From NCBI GenBank assembly GCA_037447605.1, contig CM074813.1, positions 1,922,001 to 1,986,000 on the forward strand: DNA of 64,000 nucleotides, read 5' to 3'. Shown in pieces: positions 33,651-45,412 of this stretch. This stretch comes from Zygnema circumcarinatum SAG 698-1b (Eukaryota > Plantae > Zygnematophyceae). The position numbers and the translations under genes were made by a program. The notes beneath the pieces were generated by a model. The model was not told where the DNA came from. It was given only the letters and a program-made list of their open reading frames with translations, and did no database searches. How positions within the stretch are numbered: the first letter of the stretch is position 1; each line of letters opens with the position of its first letter.

Positions 33651-36157
33651 TCGTGCGCACGCTCCCTATCCCCGACCCACTTGCCCGCCGCTATGTACTG
33701 TCACCGCCCGTTTTTTTCCGGGCAGGCTGCCCCCCGGCGGGGCCTGCCCGGGCCCCTCCAAGCGCGCGCTGATTGGCCGGTAGCCGCCCCGCAAAACCGC
33801 CCAACGGCTCGCGCGGGCGGCCGTTGCCTGCGCACCCACGCGGCGCGCCGCGCGGCCGCCACGTGGTGCGGGGCGACCGCCGACTCGCTCGGCGACGCCA
33901 GTGTGTGGCGCCGGGCGGGTGAAAACGACAAGGACACTGACCCGCGTGAGTTAATGTGGACAGGAGGGCGGTACGGATGGATCTGCTCGCCAGACTGGAG
34001 GACAGATGGCGAGCGGACAACGGGCCTGGTCGAAGTGGGCCCGGCCGGGCGGGCAAGGGGGCGGAAAGAGACAGAAAAAGCCGGCCGGGACCGCGCATGA
34101 TTCGACTTTTGGCGTATAGGGAGAAACCGACAAGGAAAGATTTGGTGGCTAGCGGGTGCGATGGCGACGCGAGGCCGGGCGGCATTGATGGGGGCGGGCG
34201 GCACTGGCTGGCGGAGGCCGCTTGGAGCGGGAGCGCGCGCCACGTGGAGGGAAGGGCGGGGCGCTTGGGCGGCAGAAGTGGTCACTCTATGTTTGTCGTT
34301 TTGCGCCGTAAGGATCGTGTCAGGCTGGAACGACTTTGCAAGCTGGACAGTGGAACGTTTCGGAATTTGACCGAGAAATTTGGATTTTCTATTGGCAACG
34401 AGCTCGGGCGAGGGCTAGAATGAAAATTAGATTCAGATGCAAACTTTGAAAAATCTAACAAGAGATGAAAGACGACAAATCCGCCGCTCTCGCTCATTAT
34501 TTTGTCTCTAGTTTGGCTGTCGCTTTATCAAAATCTGTTGCCTTCGTACGATCATGATCCGTTACATCGCGACCGTAGGTACCGCCCCGCGCCGGCCCGC
34601 CTCCGCCGCCGGGTCCTCGCAAGCGCCAAAATCGCATTAGTACGCGGATCGCTCCGCGCGGGCCAAAAGGTCCAAAAGGGCCAGAAAAGCCTTGTCGTTT
34701 CGGCTACTGTTAGCGCCCGGCCGGGATAATTTGTCGTTTAGTGCGTGCCTGGCCGGGCAGCCCGTTGTCGAGACGCCGGATCTGTCCCCGCCGCATGGCG
34801 CGTGTTGACGGACCGGGAAACGGGGCGGAGCTGGCAGGGGGTGGACGGCTCGATGGGAATCCACGTGGCATAGCGGACGGGGGAGATGGGGGATAATGCG
34901 GGTGAAAACTGACGCAAAATAATCCAGCCCGTCGTTTAGCAATGTCGCTCGGCGCCGTAAATCGCGGGTGGGCGGGCTGGCGGGCGGGCGGGTGTGTCGC
35001 AGACGGTCCGATTGGCGATCGGTCGGCGGAGAGCAAACAGCCCCGTCCGTCGCGCACCAACCGCCCGCCCCCGCTCCCGCCAGGCGACAGTCTGAACCTT
35101 TCGGCGCCGCCCGCCCGCTCGCCGCGTGATGATGACGAGGGCGCGCTTGGGCCGAAGTCTGCCGCGCGGGCCAGCGACCGACCGTACAGCAAGTGCCCGC
35201 CCGCCCGCCCGCCCGCCCGCTCGAGCAGCGCCGACCCTCCGTCCGCGCCAAGCGCCAAGTGCGGCGGTTGGTTGGTTGGTTGGTTGCCCATGCACTCGCG
35301 CCGGAGGCGATCCGTGCCGTCCTTTTGTGCCCGCGCGATCGCGGCCGCCCATTTTGCGCGCGCGCAGGCGGGCGGGCGAGCGCCCACTTGGCGCCGCGCG
35401 ACGTGGCGCACGCCCGGTGGCGGGGGCCGCGGGGGCGGACTGGAAGGCGCCACGTGGCCATTGAACGCCTGGGCGGTCAGCGGCCGTACCGTACGGCCGG
35501 AATGGGCGGGCACCTGGAAGCAACGCGGCGCCTCGCCACCGATAACGGTCTGATTGGACCAGGCCTGAAATATGTTTGCGCGATTTGGAAGGCGCGGTCA
35601 GCGTCTGAAAACATTTCACAGGTCGGACCATTGGATGGCAATGGTTGGACGACCAATGGTTGGCAACCATTCGAATGGTTGATCCAATGGGTCCGACCTG
35701 TGCAACATTTTGCTCTGCTCCTACCGACGGGTGGGTCAGCCTGACCGCGCGGAAGGGCAAGCTGGCAACCATTGGGCAAATCATTGCTGGTTGGTTGCCA
35801 GCCATTGGCAATGGTGTGGTTGATACCAGTGCGAGTAATTGACAAAGGCAAAGCCAAGGAAAAATAAGGACTACAAGCTGGTCGGCCAAGCTATCTTACT
35901 GAATCATTAGATATGGTTAGCCGTTGTTTGCAATGGTTCAGGCGGAGTCAGACTCAAAAAACGTCGGTTTGCCTGTTCGTATGGTTTACGCCAAAATGAG
36001 TACCGTACTCTGAGGACATGGCTACTGCGGACTACTTCCGTAACTTTTCTTTCAGTTCAGTACACCCCCCTAATATTTTCCACCCGAGTACTTTCGTTAC
36101 CCAAAAAAGTTGCCCTGATTTTGAGGAAACCACTTTTAGTACGGTAAGCCTGTGTTA

Positions 36158-36348
36158 CAGTAGACCCCCCCAATATTTTCGCCATGGTTTCGGCAAATAT
36201 TGGGCGAAAATATTGGGTAGCGAAAATATAAGGGTGCGTGTTAACAATAGGCGGGCAGTATTATATTAAAAAGTGGTTTTGGCAAATTCAGGGCGAAACT
36301 ATTGGGGAGCGAAAATAAGAGGGGCGAAAATATTGGGGGGGTCTACTG
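36158..36348. mobile_element. Tc1/mariner(pogo)-type MITE, 191 bp
   Basis: Perfect 26-bp TIR CAGTAGACCCCCCCAATATTTTCGCC ... GGCGAAAATATTGGGGGGGTCTACTG, flanked by TA on both sides. Confidence 0.85.
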
Positions 36349-36383
36349 TAATTATAGGTCCGTACTATACACCGGTGTTCTAT

Positions 36384-36895
36384 TGTGCTTAGGTCCTTTG
36401 CGACCAGTCCCTCGTGGTTCCACACCATGCTTTTGTCCATGTACATTTGATGGCCTCCCCATCGTGAGTTCAATGAAATTTCCTTCCAACCTTGAGGTTC
36501 GATACAGTATAGATATACTGTAGTATAAATCCGTACAACAGGACATAGAATCGTACGGTGATTATGTACGAAAGTGGTGTACGAAACTGTACGGATCGGG
36601 TCACACGTGTTGAGTGTTTAGCAACTGTTTAGTTCCATGGACTTCGATGGGCTGTTGGACGATCCAAACCTCATGCATGCCTGATAGTGCACTCGTCGGT
36701 GACAACTCGGGCGCTGGCGTTGATGACGATATTCTTGACCAGATTGATCTCAATAACTAAAGCATCATCAATGAGACAAACGATTCACTTGTCTCCTTTC
36801 TTTTGTGCTTCGGTCCTTTGCGACCAGTCCCTCGTGGTTCCACATCATGCTTTTGTCCATAAACATTTGATGGCCTCGCCATCGTGAGTTCAATG
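36384..36895. repeat. ~92 bp direct repeat (36384-36475 and 36804-36895)
   Basis: TGTGCTT.GGTCCTTTGCGACCAGTCCCTCGTGGTTCCACA.CATGCTTTTGTCCAT...ATCGTGAGTTCAATG occurs twice, 420 bp apart. Confidence 0.85.
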
Positions 36896-37339
36896 CCATT
36901 TTCCTCGCCATTCACTTGTCTTCTTTGGGTGTGATTATTATCAATAGTAGAAGAAGAAGAAAGGTGTGACTTTTTTTTCTGTGTGCACAAAGAGTTTTCA
37001 TCATCATTTTGTTGTTGCTCTTCTACTCTTATCCTTCTCATGATGCCTTCACCGCTGTAGGTAGCAGCACTGCCTCATGGACCATCATCACCGTCCCCCT
37101 TGAAACTGCTTTTGTGGGCCTATTTTTCAATATAACTATTTTGAGACGAGTATAAGGTGTCCTAGAGCTGCCTTGCGGCTTGAAGCTTCAATTATTATAA
37201 TCAATCTCTGTCTAACTAGCAAGAAAACGAAGAGAAGACGTTAAATACATATAAAGTATACTGTATTTTAAAATGTCGTATAATACGCACGTATTATACA
37301 CACGTTTGATACATACAGTCCTTTAGTGTTAATGTATTA

Positions 37340-37430
37340 GGGGGAGTCAGACCTTGACCATCGCCAAATCAATTTCGTACCATCGGCCATCGACCTTGAC
37401 CATCGGCGATGGTCAAGGTCTGACTCCCCC
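37340..37430. mobile_element. 91-bp MITE with perfect 26-bp TIRs
   Basis: GGGGGAGTCAGACCTTGACCATCGCC ... GGCGATGGTCAAGGTCTGACTCCCCC, flanked by TATTA on both sides. Confidence 0.75.
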
Positions 37431-38233
37431 TATTAGGCGGAGTCAGACCTTGACCTTGACCTAAAAACCTAACCTGACTTATTTTTCAATACAAAATCTG
37501 TTAATCGAAACGGATTTCGAGCATGGGTCACGCTATTTTGCTGTACGGTGAGCTCGGTTAAAATTTCTAAATCGTACAGTATATGTACCACACCAATAGG
37601 AGCTCGTGTAGTTAAACGTACGGCACCAATAGGAGCTCGCGACAGGACCCGCCGGCCGGCCATACGTCTCCGTATAAAGAGAAACAGTACGGTCGCAGGC
37701 AGATTTTCGCCCAATAATTTGCCGAAACCATGGCGAAAATATTATGGCCGGGTTTTGTAATGCATTTTGTAAGATTTTTTTAGTTTGACACGCCATATTG
37801 ATACCGTGACAAAGGGTACAATGGAAGGACCAACCTAAGTTGTCACGTAGGCATGGGTCCAACGTGGAGGGCAGTGATTGGAACACATATTACAAAGTAA
37901 CCTCAACACAAGAGTACGGTACCATGAGGCGTCCGCCCCTGTTTACTTCCCAAAACGTTTGCAAAAACCAACTCCGTCCGATTTTCTTCCTGAGAATCGC
38001 AATTTGAACACTAAGGCTCTGCTCGTCGGCTCTCCCCCTCGATTCTCTCACCCTCTCTCTCTCTCACTCTCCCTCTCTCTTTCTCTCTCTCCATCTGCAT
38101 GGCTCCTTTCCACAAAGAAGCGATTGCATGACAGTGAAATGACACAATCACAAATGCATCTGCATTATACCAAGGCCTCAAACCATAGACTCCGAGAAAT
38201 ATCGCGAGCTACGCAGCTCACAGCCCCCTCCGT

Positions 38234-41200
38234 TTAGATCGTCTCAAACACCTTCTGCTGCCCGAGATCAAAATCTTCTGGATCGCCGTACCGCCCATGC
38301 CGGTCCTTCATGCTTATCTGCAGCACCGCGACATCAGCGTTCAGTGCATTCCTCATGACCCGTGTGAACATCGTCATCACCATCCTGACATCATCATTTA
38401 TCCACCACGAACTACACAGTGACATCATCCTGTCCTTGATGAGCCGCAAAAAAAAAAAACCCACCATCTGATCACGTGATAAAGCTTAACCCACTTCAGT
38501 CGACCTTGACCATACCTCCAACCCTAATTGCGCGACATCAATAAAATCTCAATTTGATTCTCTCGAAACCTTCACATTACTGCCCCTCACCCTGCTGAGG
38601 TAGGTCCTGTCGCAGGCCACCGCCTCATCGAGGGCTGCCAGCCGGCGGGCCAAGTGGATGGTCCTGAGGACCCCAACCACCCTTTCCAAGTGAGAAAAAC
38701 GTACGGAATCCCTCCCACTTCCCCTTTGCTCCGTTCCGCTTCAGAACAGCACAGCCACAGCCCTACAAATCAAAGAACCCCGGACCTTACAAACTTGAGA
38801 CTCTAAAAGCACATATGTTGCGATTTCTACATTTATGCTCGCACGTGTATGCCAAGAAGGCCAACACATAAGAAGAAGAGGTACCTCTGAATGTGGGTGT
38901 CAATCTTTTCCGCCATTTCCCGGCTGTTGTACTGCTCAGGGTCTTCCTGGAAGCGCACCATTCCGTCCTTTTGATTGATGCTCGCAAAAATTTCTCCATC
39001 TTCAATCTGCATTGCGGGACATATCAGCTCATGCTGCTCAGTTTGGGAGGAAAGTGTGAGAAAGTTGGAAATGGAGCGGTGGGGGGTAGGGGGGACGGGA
39101 GGGAGGGAGAAGGGAACAGAGGGAGGAAAGAAACAAGGGACGTAGTAAGGAGCAGAGGATAAGGGGAGAATGAAGGGGGGAGGTAACAGTGAGAGATAAA
39201 GAACGGTGGACAAACGAGCAGGCAGAGAAGGAATAGGAATGACAAGGGGAAAGAGAGAGGGAGACGGAAGAAAGAGTGAATGACAGGCTAATACAGAAAG
39301 GGGGAAATGAGTGAGAGCGAGGGAGGAGAGGAGAGAGAAGGAAAATTGAGAGATGGCCAAACGAGAAAGTAGCAATCTAACTAATCTGCCTAGACATACA
39401 ATTCACAGCTACCAAAACAGTCGCACTTGCCAGACAAAGCAGAAAACAGAAAGTGAACAGAAAACCGCGAGGAAAAGAGGTAAACGAAAACGGACCATTC
39501 GTAGCACATGGAGCTCCGCCTCCTTGGGTCCCTGCAGCTTCACGCTGCTTGCGATATCTCCGAGAGAGAGTGTCAAATACGTTTGCGTGAGGCGCTGGAT
39601 GTTTCGTTTGTGCACGGATTCAATTACTTGCTTTGCCAGTCCCAAGTTCGAGTCCTGTTCTTAACCCAAGACCGTGCGCAGTCTAAATAACTCGACCCAA
39701 AGTCCCACGCTCCCCAGAAGCCATAGAAACCCCAAAGAAGACTCTGACGAAGCTTCAATCGTGAAAACAAAACGAGAAATTCATATGTCATTAATGCGAT
39801 CAATGTGCTAATCTAGTATAATGCATGCCCATTCGTAGTCACAAGGGTTCCATTTGTACATACATTCTTAAAGGTTTCTTCATGACTCGCCACACAGCGC
39901 TTGAGCTCATCCACATCCTGAGTTGCATAGGCAGTCGCGAGCTCCGTGTAATCCTGTCACATGGAACAGAACTTCACAGAATTCATTTCCATGTAGCTCT
40001 TCTCAAACGCTCTTAATCGCTTCCACTTACTATGCCTTCAATTTTCCATTTTTCGCTCGACAATCTCCCGCTCTCCCCCTCCCCCTCTCCCTCCCCCATT
40101 CTCCCTAGACCTCCTTTCGCTTTTCCCCCACCCTCTACAGTCCCACTCACCTGACAGCAACTCTTCAGATTTCGCTGCACCACCGAGGGAGTGAACTTTG
40201 GAAACGGAGGGACCTGCATGGAGGAATCGCCATCCTTCTCATCACGTCTGATAAAAACCAGACCGATTTTTCAAGCTCAAAGACTTACAGCTTATACTCT
40301 CTGGAACTTTACCATGCCATTTTTTTAAAACCATAGTCATTCGCTGTGGTGTTTCTGTCCTCTTTCGTTCTCCATCAAGACTCCAATTAACTGCTCTCAT
40401 TTATTCCAAGAAAGTATCTGCAAAACGAACGTAAAGTTGAACTAACCTGTCCGACCGCGATGAGTGAGGCGAGAATGAACTTTTTGTACGAGGCGACTGT
40501 GATGGCGTTGAGCACATTAGCCGGCGCAGTGATTGTCTGCCCTCCCGCATGCGCAGCCTCATCCTCCATTCACCTCTACTCCTCCTATAGAGTATAGTTC
40601 ACATATCCTCAGCCTCACACTCCCACCCTGCAGCAAAACGAGAGAAGGCGGGAGAAGCTTCCCAGAAGCATCACATCCTCATCTCATCTCCTCTGGTTTC
40701 GTATTCCTCACAACTGAACTATTACAGACGTTTCAACCTACCAGAAGTGGATGTTTCACAAGAAGCAGAGTTGTGAGGCTGGGAAGAGAAGGCGAACGAC
40801 TTACATGGTGGAAGAACTCCAGAGCACGTTGAAACTGCTTCAGACCGAGATATATCACCCCCCTGCGCAACATTAGGGTTATGATTTACCAGGTTAGGGC
40901 AAGGTCTACGGCGAATTCAGGTTAGAAGTAAGACCAAAATTAGGTCTGATCCTATACAGGGGAAAAATAGGGTTAGAGATTCACTCGAAATTAAAGCAAC
41001 GTAAACTCGACGTCTACACGCAGATGAGGAGAGGGTGCGTAAGGTTTGATGAAAAACTGAATTTGGACTATGGCCTGTGAGGCCTGTTAAGAATGACGCT
41101 GACAGAATGAGAACTCGATGCGCTCCCAAAAACGTGATCAAATCTATCGTACGATCAAATTAAAGTCGACTAAATGCATGCCAAACACAGAGAAAACGCT

Positions 41201-41846
41201 AGGTTTAGAATGCACACCCGTAGTAGCAGTAGAGCAGAAAGTCGCGCAGCTGCAACGCCGTCCTCTTGGGCTCCACTTCGAAGATGTCGTCGTCGAGCAG
41301 CGGCAGCGCGGCGGAGTAGCACTTGGCCAGCAGGCAGAGCAGCGCCACGTCGGCATGCTGCGGCGTGAGGTGCTCCCGGCTGGGCTGCACCTTGCGCACC
41401 GCAGCCTGCAGGGGCGCAATGGCGCGCGCATGCTCCTTGCAGAACATGGCGTGCTCCTTCAGCTTCGAACACAGCGACGCGACTGACCCACCCGCAGCCA
41501 TGCAGACAACAGTTTAAGTTTAGGGATCTGGATAATCAATTGGTGCAGGTGCATGCATCTGACATGGTTGGATAGACACAAGCAACAGAGATTGCATGGC
41601 TGAGTAAGTTGACCAAGGCGTGTGAAGTGCGAACGAGAGTGCAACTTACATTTTTCAGGAGCGAGGCGAATCTGCTCTGCTGAACAAGTTTGCAGGAAGG
41701 AGCTGATAGTGGCCAGGGCCTGCAGCGACTGCTCACGGGATACTGGTGCGGATATGTGTGCGTCTCTGCAAGGGGCGAGCAAAAAATACACGCCAATGCA
41801 TACTGCTAAGGAGACATGATCTTTACCGCAGCCTCTGCATCAGCGA

Positions 41847-41917
<71 letters not shown>

Positions 41918-42137
41918 ATATAGTGGACCTGGGCATGTCGGGTGGCAGGGCGTACAGGAAGAAGAGGCAGCCGAGGGAGTGGCGCGCGGGGGAGAGGCGG
42001 GCGAGTGCAGGCCCGAGGCGCGCGGCGTGCTTGGCGAGCAGGTCCTCCGTGGCGGGCGCCGCGAGCACAGCGTGCAGCTGCGCCGCGTCGTCCGTAAGCG
42101 CCACCACCTGCGCCACCACCGCCTCCACCGCCTCCAT
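38234..42137 (-). CDS. CSN3: COP9 signalosome subunit 3 (FUS11-like), 11 exons
   Basis: [46 protein letters not shown]|[77 protein letters not shown] (PCI). Exons 41956-42137, 41650-41765, 41218-41482, 40805-40862, 40447-40536, 40151-40213, 39864-39953, 39496-39654, 38885-39006, 38591-38663, 38234-38317. Confidence 0.95.
41847..41916. repeat. (ATC)n microsatellite in CSN3 intron 1
   Basis: ~23 CAT/ATC units. Confidence 0.95.
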
Positions 42138-44132
42138 GGTGCGCCCGCTCGAGAGGGCAGCCAGTACCAGGGAGGCCGCCACCGCTGCTGCCTTCTGCCT
42201 TCGGCCTACTGCCTTCTGCCTTCCTGCTCCCTGCTGCCTGATGCTTGCTGCGCCTTCTTACTGTCCGAGGCTCTCTCTCTCTCTCTATCTGGCCGTCTGG
42301 TGAGAGCGAGCGCCTCCTGCTTCCGCGGTTCCTTGCACCAGTTGCCAACGCAGTGCTGCGCGACGACACATCGCTTGAACTGAAACTTATTTTATTACTG
42401 GATTATGAGAAACTGAGCAGTTATATGTGCCGTACAGCCTAGGCCGCGGCCTCCGCCAAGCGCGTCAGTTGACAGTTCGCAGCCTGCGATCGGATACTAG
42501 AACGCCTGTGTTCGTGGAGTAGAATTCCCCCAATCAAAAACTCTAAAAATGAGACCGTTTTATAAAACACTTTTAGAATGGATGTACGGTCATACGGTCG
42601 TTTGGCTGTACGGCAAACCCTCTGACGGGCCAACTGTGTAGCGTAGTGGAGCTGCGCTCGACGGATCCGCGTCGGTTCAGTTGTACTTGACATATGTCTC
42701 TTCAGTGTCACGGACCGGCATAATCCAAGGGCTGCCGACGGAGAATGCGAGAAGGCGGCGCCATGTGTTGGCGGCCCACGGAACAGCACACCATCCAGCA
42801 AGGCGCACTCGGAAGCGCCGCATAATGCCGCCGATTGTCATTTGTTGACCTATCAGAAGGCTCCACGTAGTCAGTCAGGCCTCTCAGTGGGCAGTTGGCC
42901 AATCAGAGACTGTCACTCCTAAGACTCAGGATCTACTGTCAGTGATAAGTAGATGGGATGTCAGTGATGCTAGTTTGTCTTTTAGTGCTGGGCTTAGTAT
43001 TTGTATTTGCTGTGTGGTTTGTTGTCTTGTTCTTCTTTTTCTGCCTCTTCAGCTCCAGCAACAGATGCTAAGTAAGAGAGAGAGAGAGAGAGTTCCATTG
43101 CATAGAGAGAAAGAGAAAGAGTCTTCTTGCTGATAGCATTTAGACATCCCATTCAGCCCAGCCAGACAAAGATTTCAGTGAGAAGACACTTTCATTGTAA
43201 TGACAATCCCCAGCCAATCGCTGGCTGGGGTGAGTTTCCAAAACACGACCTTTATCTAAGCTGAGTCCTATTTTCCCTTCGCTGTCACTATGCCAAGCTA
43301 CCATCTTGTGATATCCTGCCTTACACTCCTCCCAATGACCGATGATAACTAGAAGTCTAGCGAAGAGAATAGCCGAAGAGAGGACAGGGGAAGAGAGCCC
43401 CCAAGGAAGGGCTCTTTGCGCATCGAGTCCAGCCGCCGGTGGGAACATCTTCAGGATCCCTACGTCTTCCGCTGCGCGTACCTCTGAATCCCCCGGATCC
43501 TGGCTCTATGCTGCAGGCAGACCCACAGGACCAACCCAACCCTTCATCAGTTTCAGCACGGACGCGCGAGTGGCCGTACAGCACCTGCAACTAGCTCAGC
43601 AGTCTCCCCTTAACCCCACTTATCTTGTGCTACAACTGGCCCAACTCCAATTCACCAATCGTACGACCGTACGTTACGTTCAATTTCAATGGTCGTACGA
43701 GCATTCTAAAAATGTTCTAAAACTCTGAAACGTAGATACTGTATTAGAACGTCCAAAAGTCCCTTGTACGGACTTTTTGCCATCCCTGCGAATCGCGGGG
43801 CCGGACGGCGGACGCGCAAGTGCGTACGAACCGTACGAACAAAGACGGACCGTACATGATCGTACGGACAGGCGGAGCTTCCAGCTGCAGCGCATGGCCG
43901 CCATGGACCACCTCTCGCCCGCTCCCTCCCTCCCCCTCCTCCCGCGGCCCCCAGCGCCGGCAGCGATTGGGTGCATTCTCGCCGCTTGGGAAGCCTGGAT
44001 GGATGTTCGGTAGGGGGAGGTGGGAGGTGGAGGTGATGGACCTCAGCAGCTGCTGCTCCCCGTTCTGCTCCTGCTACTGCTAGATGTGTAGGGCAGCACT
44101 TGGTGGAGGGAGGGTTTGCTTCCACGTTAGCC

Positions 44133-45412
44133 ATGGTGAGCTTGTCATGCCATGGTATAGGATGGGGGCTGGCTGGCATGTGGTTTGGAAAGCATGGCGA
44201 GAAGTGTGATAAAGTGGCGCTTTATGGACTCGTGTGAGATGGGATGAGGCGCGGTAGCATGGGATGGGATGGGATGAAATAAGATAGCATGGGATGGCAG
44301 GTAGCATGGTATGGCATGAACTGAGATAGCATGGTATGGCGTGAAAGGATAACATGGGGCGCCAAAGCATGTAATGTGATAAAATGGGCTGGTATGACAT
44401 GCATGACCTGGGAGGTGGCATGTTGTGACATGGCATGAGGTGGCACCCCATGACATGGATCAATAAAGGGAGAAATATTGAATTGCTCAAGAATTTTATG
44501 AGAGGATGAGACAGCAGGAAGTGGTGGTAGCAGACAACTCCATGAATGACCGTGTATGGTACAATAAGTGTCCCATCTCATTCAGAACCTTCTGCATTAC
44601 AACTCACTCCAAGTTGCCTCCAAGTTTCTCGCGTCTGAAATTTGATGCTCCTCACTGTGTTCCAGTCGATGTACATCCGCGTGAAGAGGAAGATGACGAC
44701 ATATTTTGTTCACTGCGAGCCCTCAGAGACCGTGAGCGATGTGAAGCGGAAGCTGGAGGCCCTTGTGGACCGCCCCGCGGCCGAACTGCAGCTCCGCCTC
44801 ATTGTGCCCTCGGTGGAGGGAGCCTTAGAAGAGGGGAAGACGCTGGCGGAGCAGAAGGTGCCTGTTTGAAAACTCTGAATTCCTATCCGAAAGCGCATCT
44901 TTTGAACGTCGGCGGTTTGTTTTCGTCAAAACCCAAAAAAAAATCAGGAATTGCAATAGATTACTGCAGACTTTTGAACAGAAAATAGCTTGGGTAGAGT
45001 CAGAGGCTGAAGTTAGGATGCATAAAGCACGAGTGCACAGTTTGAAGAAATATTTGGCAACCTTCTGTGTCGATAGGAAACAATTATCCATTTGGCTTTT
45101 TGGGCTTCTCCATCGCAGGTGGAGAACGACTGCGCGCTTGCTCTTGCCTATAAACTGGGTACGCCCACTTCTCCTCCGTTCCTCGTCGCTCAGCTCCTTT
45201 TCTGCATTTTCTTTGCACAACGATGCTGAGCTTGTACAGTTTTGGGGCTTTTGGAGTCGCTTAGTTTTGGGTTTATAAGATTATTCGGTCATATGCTAAC
45301 AACGTCAATTGTAGTTTCATGCGTTCTCCGTTCCTCAGATTCCGGAGATTTCGAGCCCGTGCAGATCGACAAACCTGCCGAGTACGGTTCAGCAGACGTG
45401 GATAACGCCTGA
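44133..45412 (+). CDS. Elongin-B-like ubiquitin-fold protein (~102 aa)
   Basis: ATG|gtgag (44133-44135), then 44666-44857 SMYIRVKRKMTTYFVHCEPSETVSDVKRKL...EEGKTLAEQK, 45119-45158 VENDCALALAYKL, 45339-45412 DSGDFEPVQIDKP...*. The MYIRVKR..TTYF..C.P.ETV start is characteristic of this family. Confidence 0.85.
44150..44460. repeat. Degenerate CATG/ATGGC-rich satellite in the Elongin-B-like intron
   Basis: Repeated GCATGG(T/G)ATGG(C/G) units. Confidence 0.7.

Noticed and set aside
32073-34100. Plus-strand ORFs of 208-315 aa overlapping the zinc-finger gene
   Set aside because: Antisense/GC-rich shadow ORFs with no domain signature.
34637-35889. Several 200-317 aa ORFs on both strands
   Set aside because: Arg/Ala/Pro-biased products of a GC island plus the CCAAT repeat; no splice or domain support.
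42900-43650. Short ORFs between CSN3 and the Elongin-B-like gene
   Set aside because: No recognisable motif or splice structure; possibly decayed TE but unsupported.
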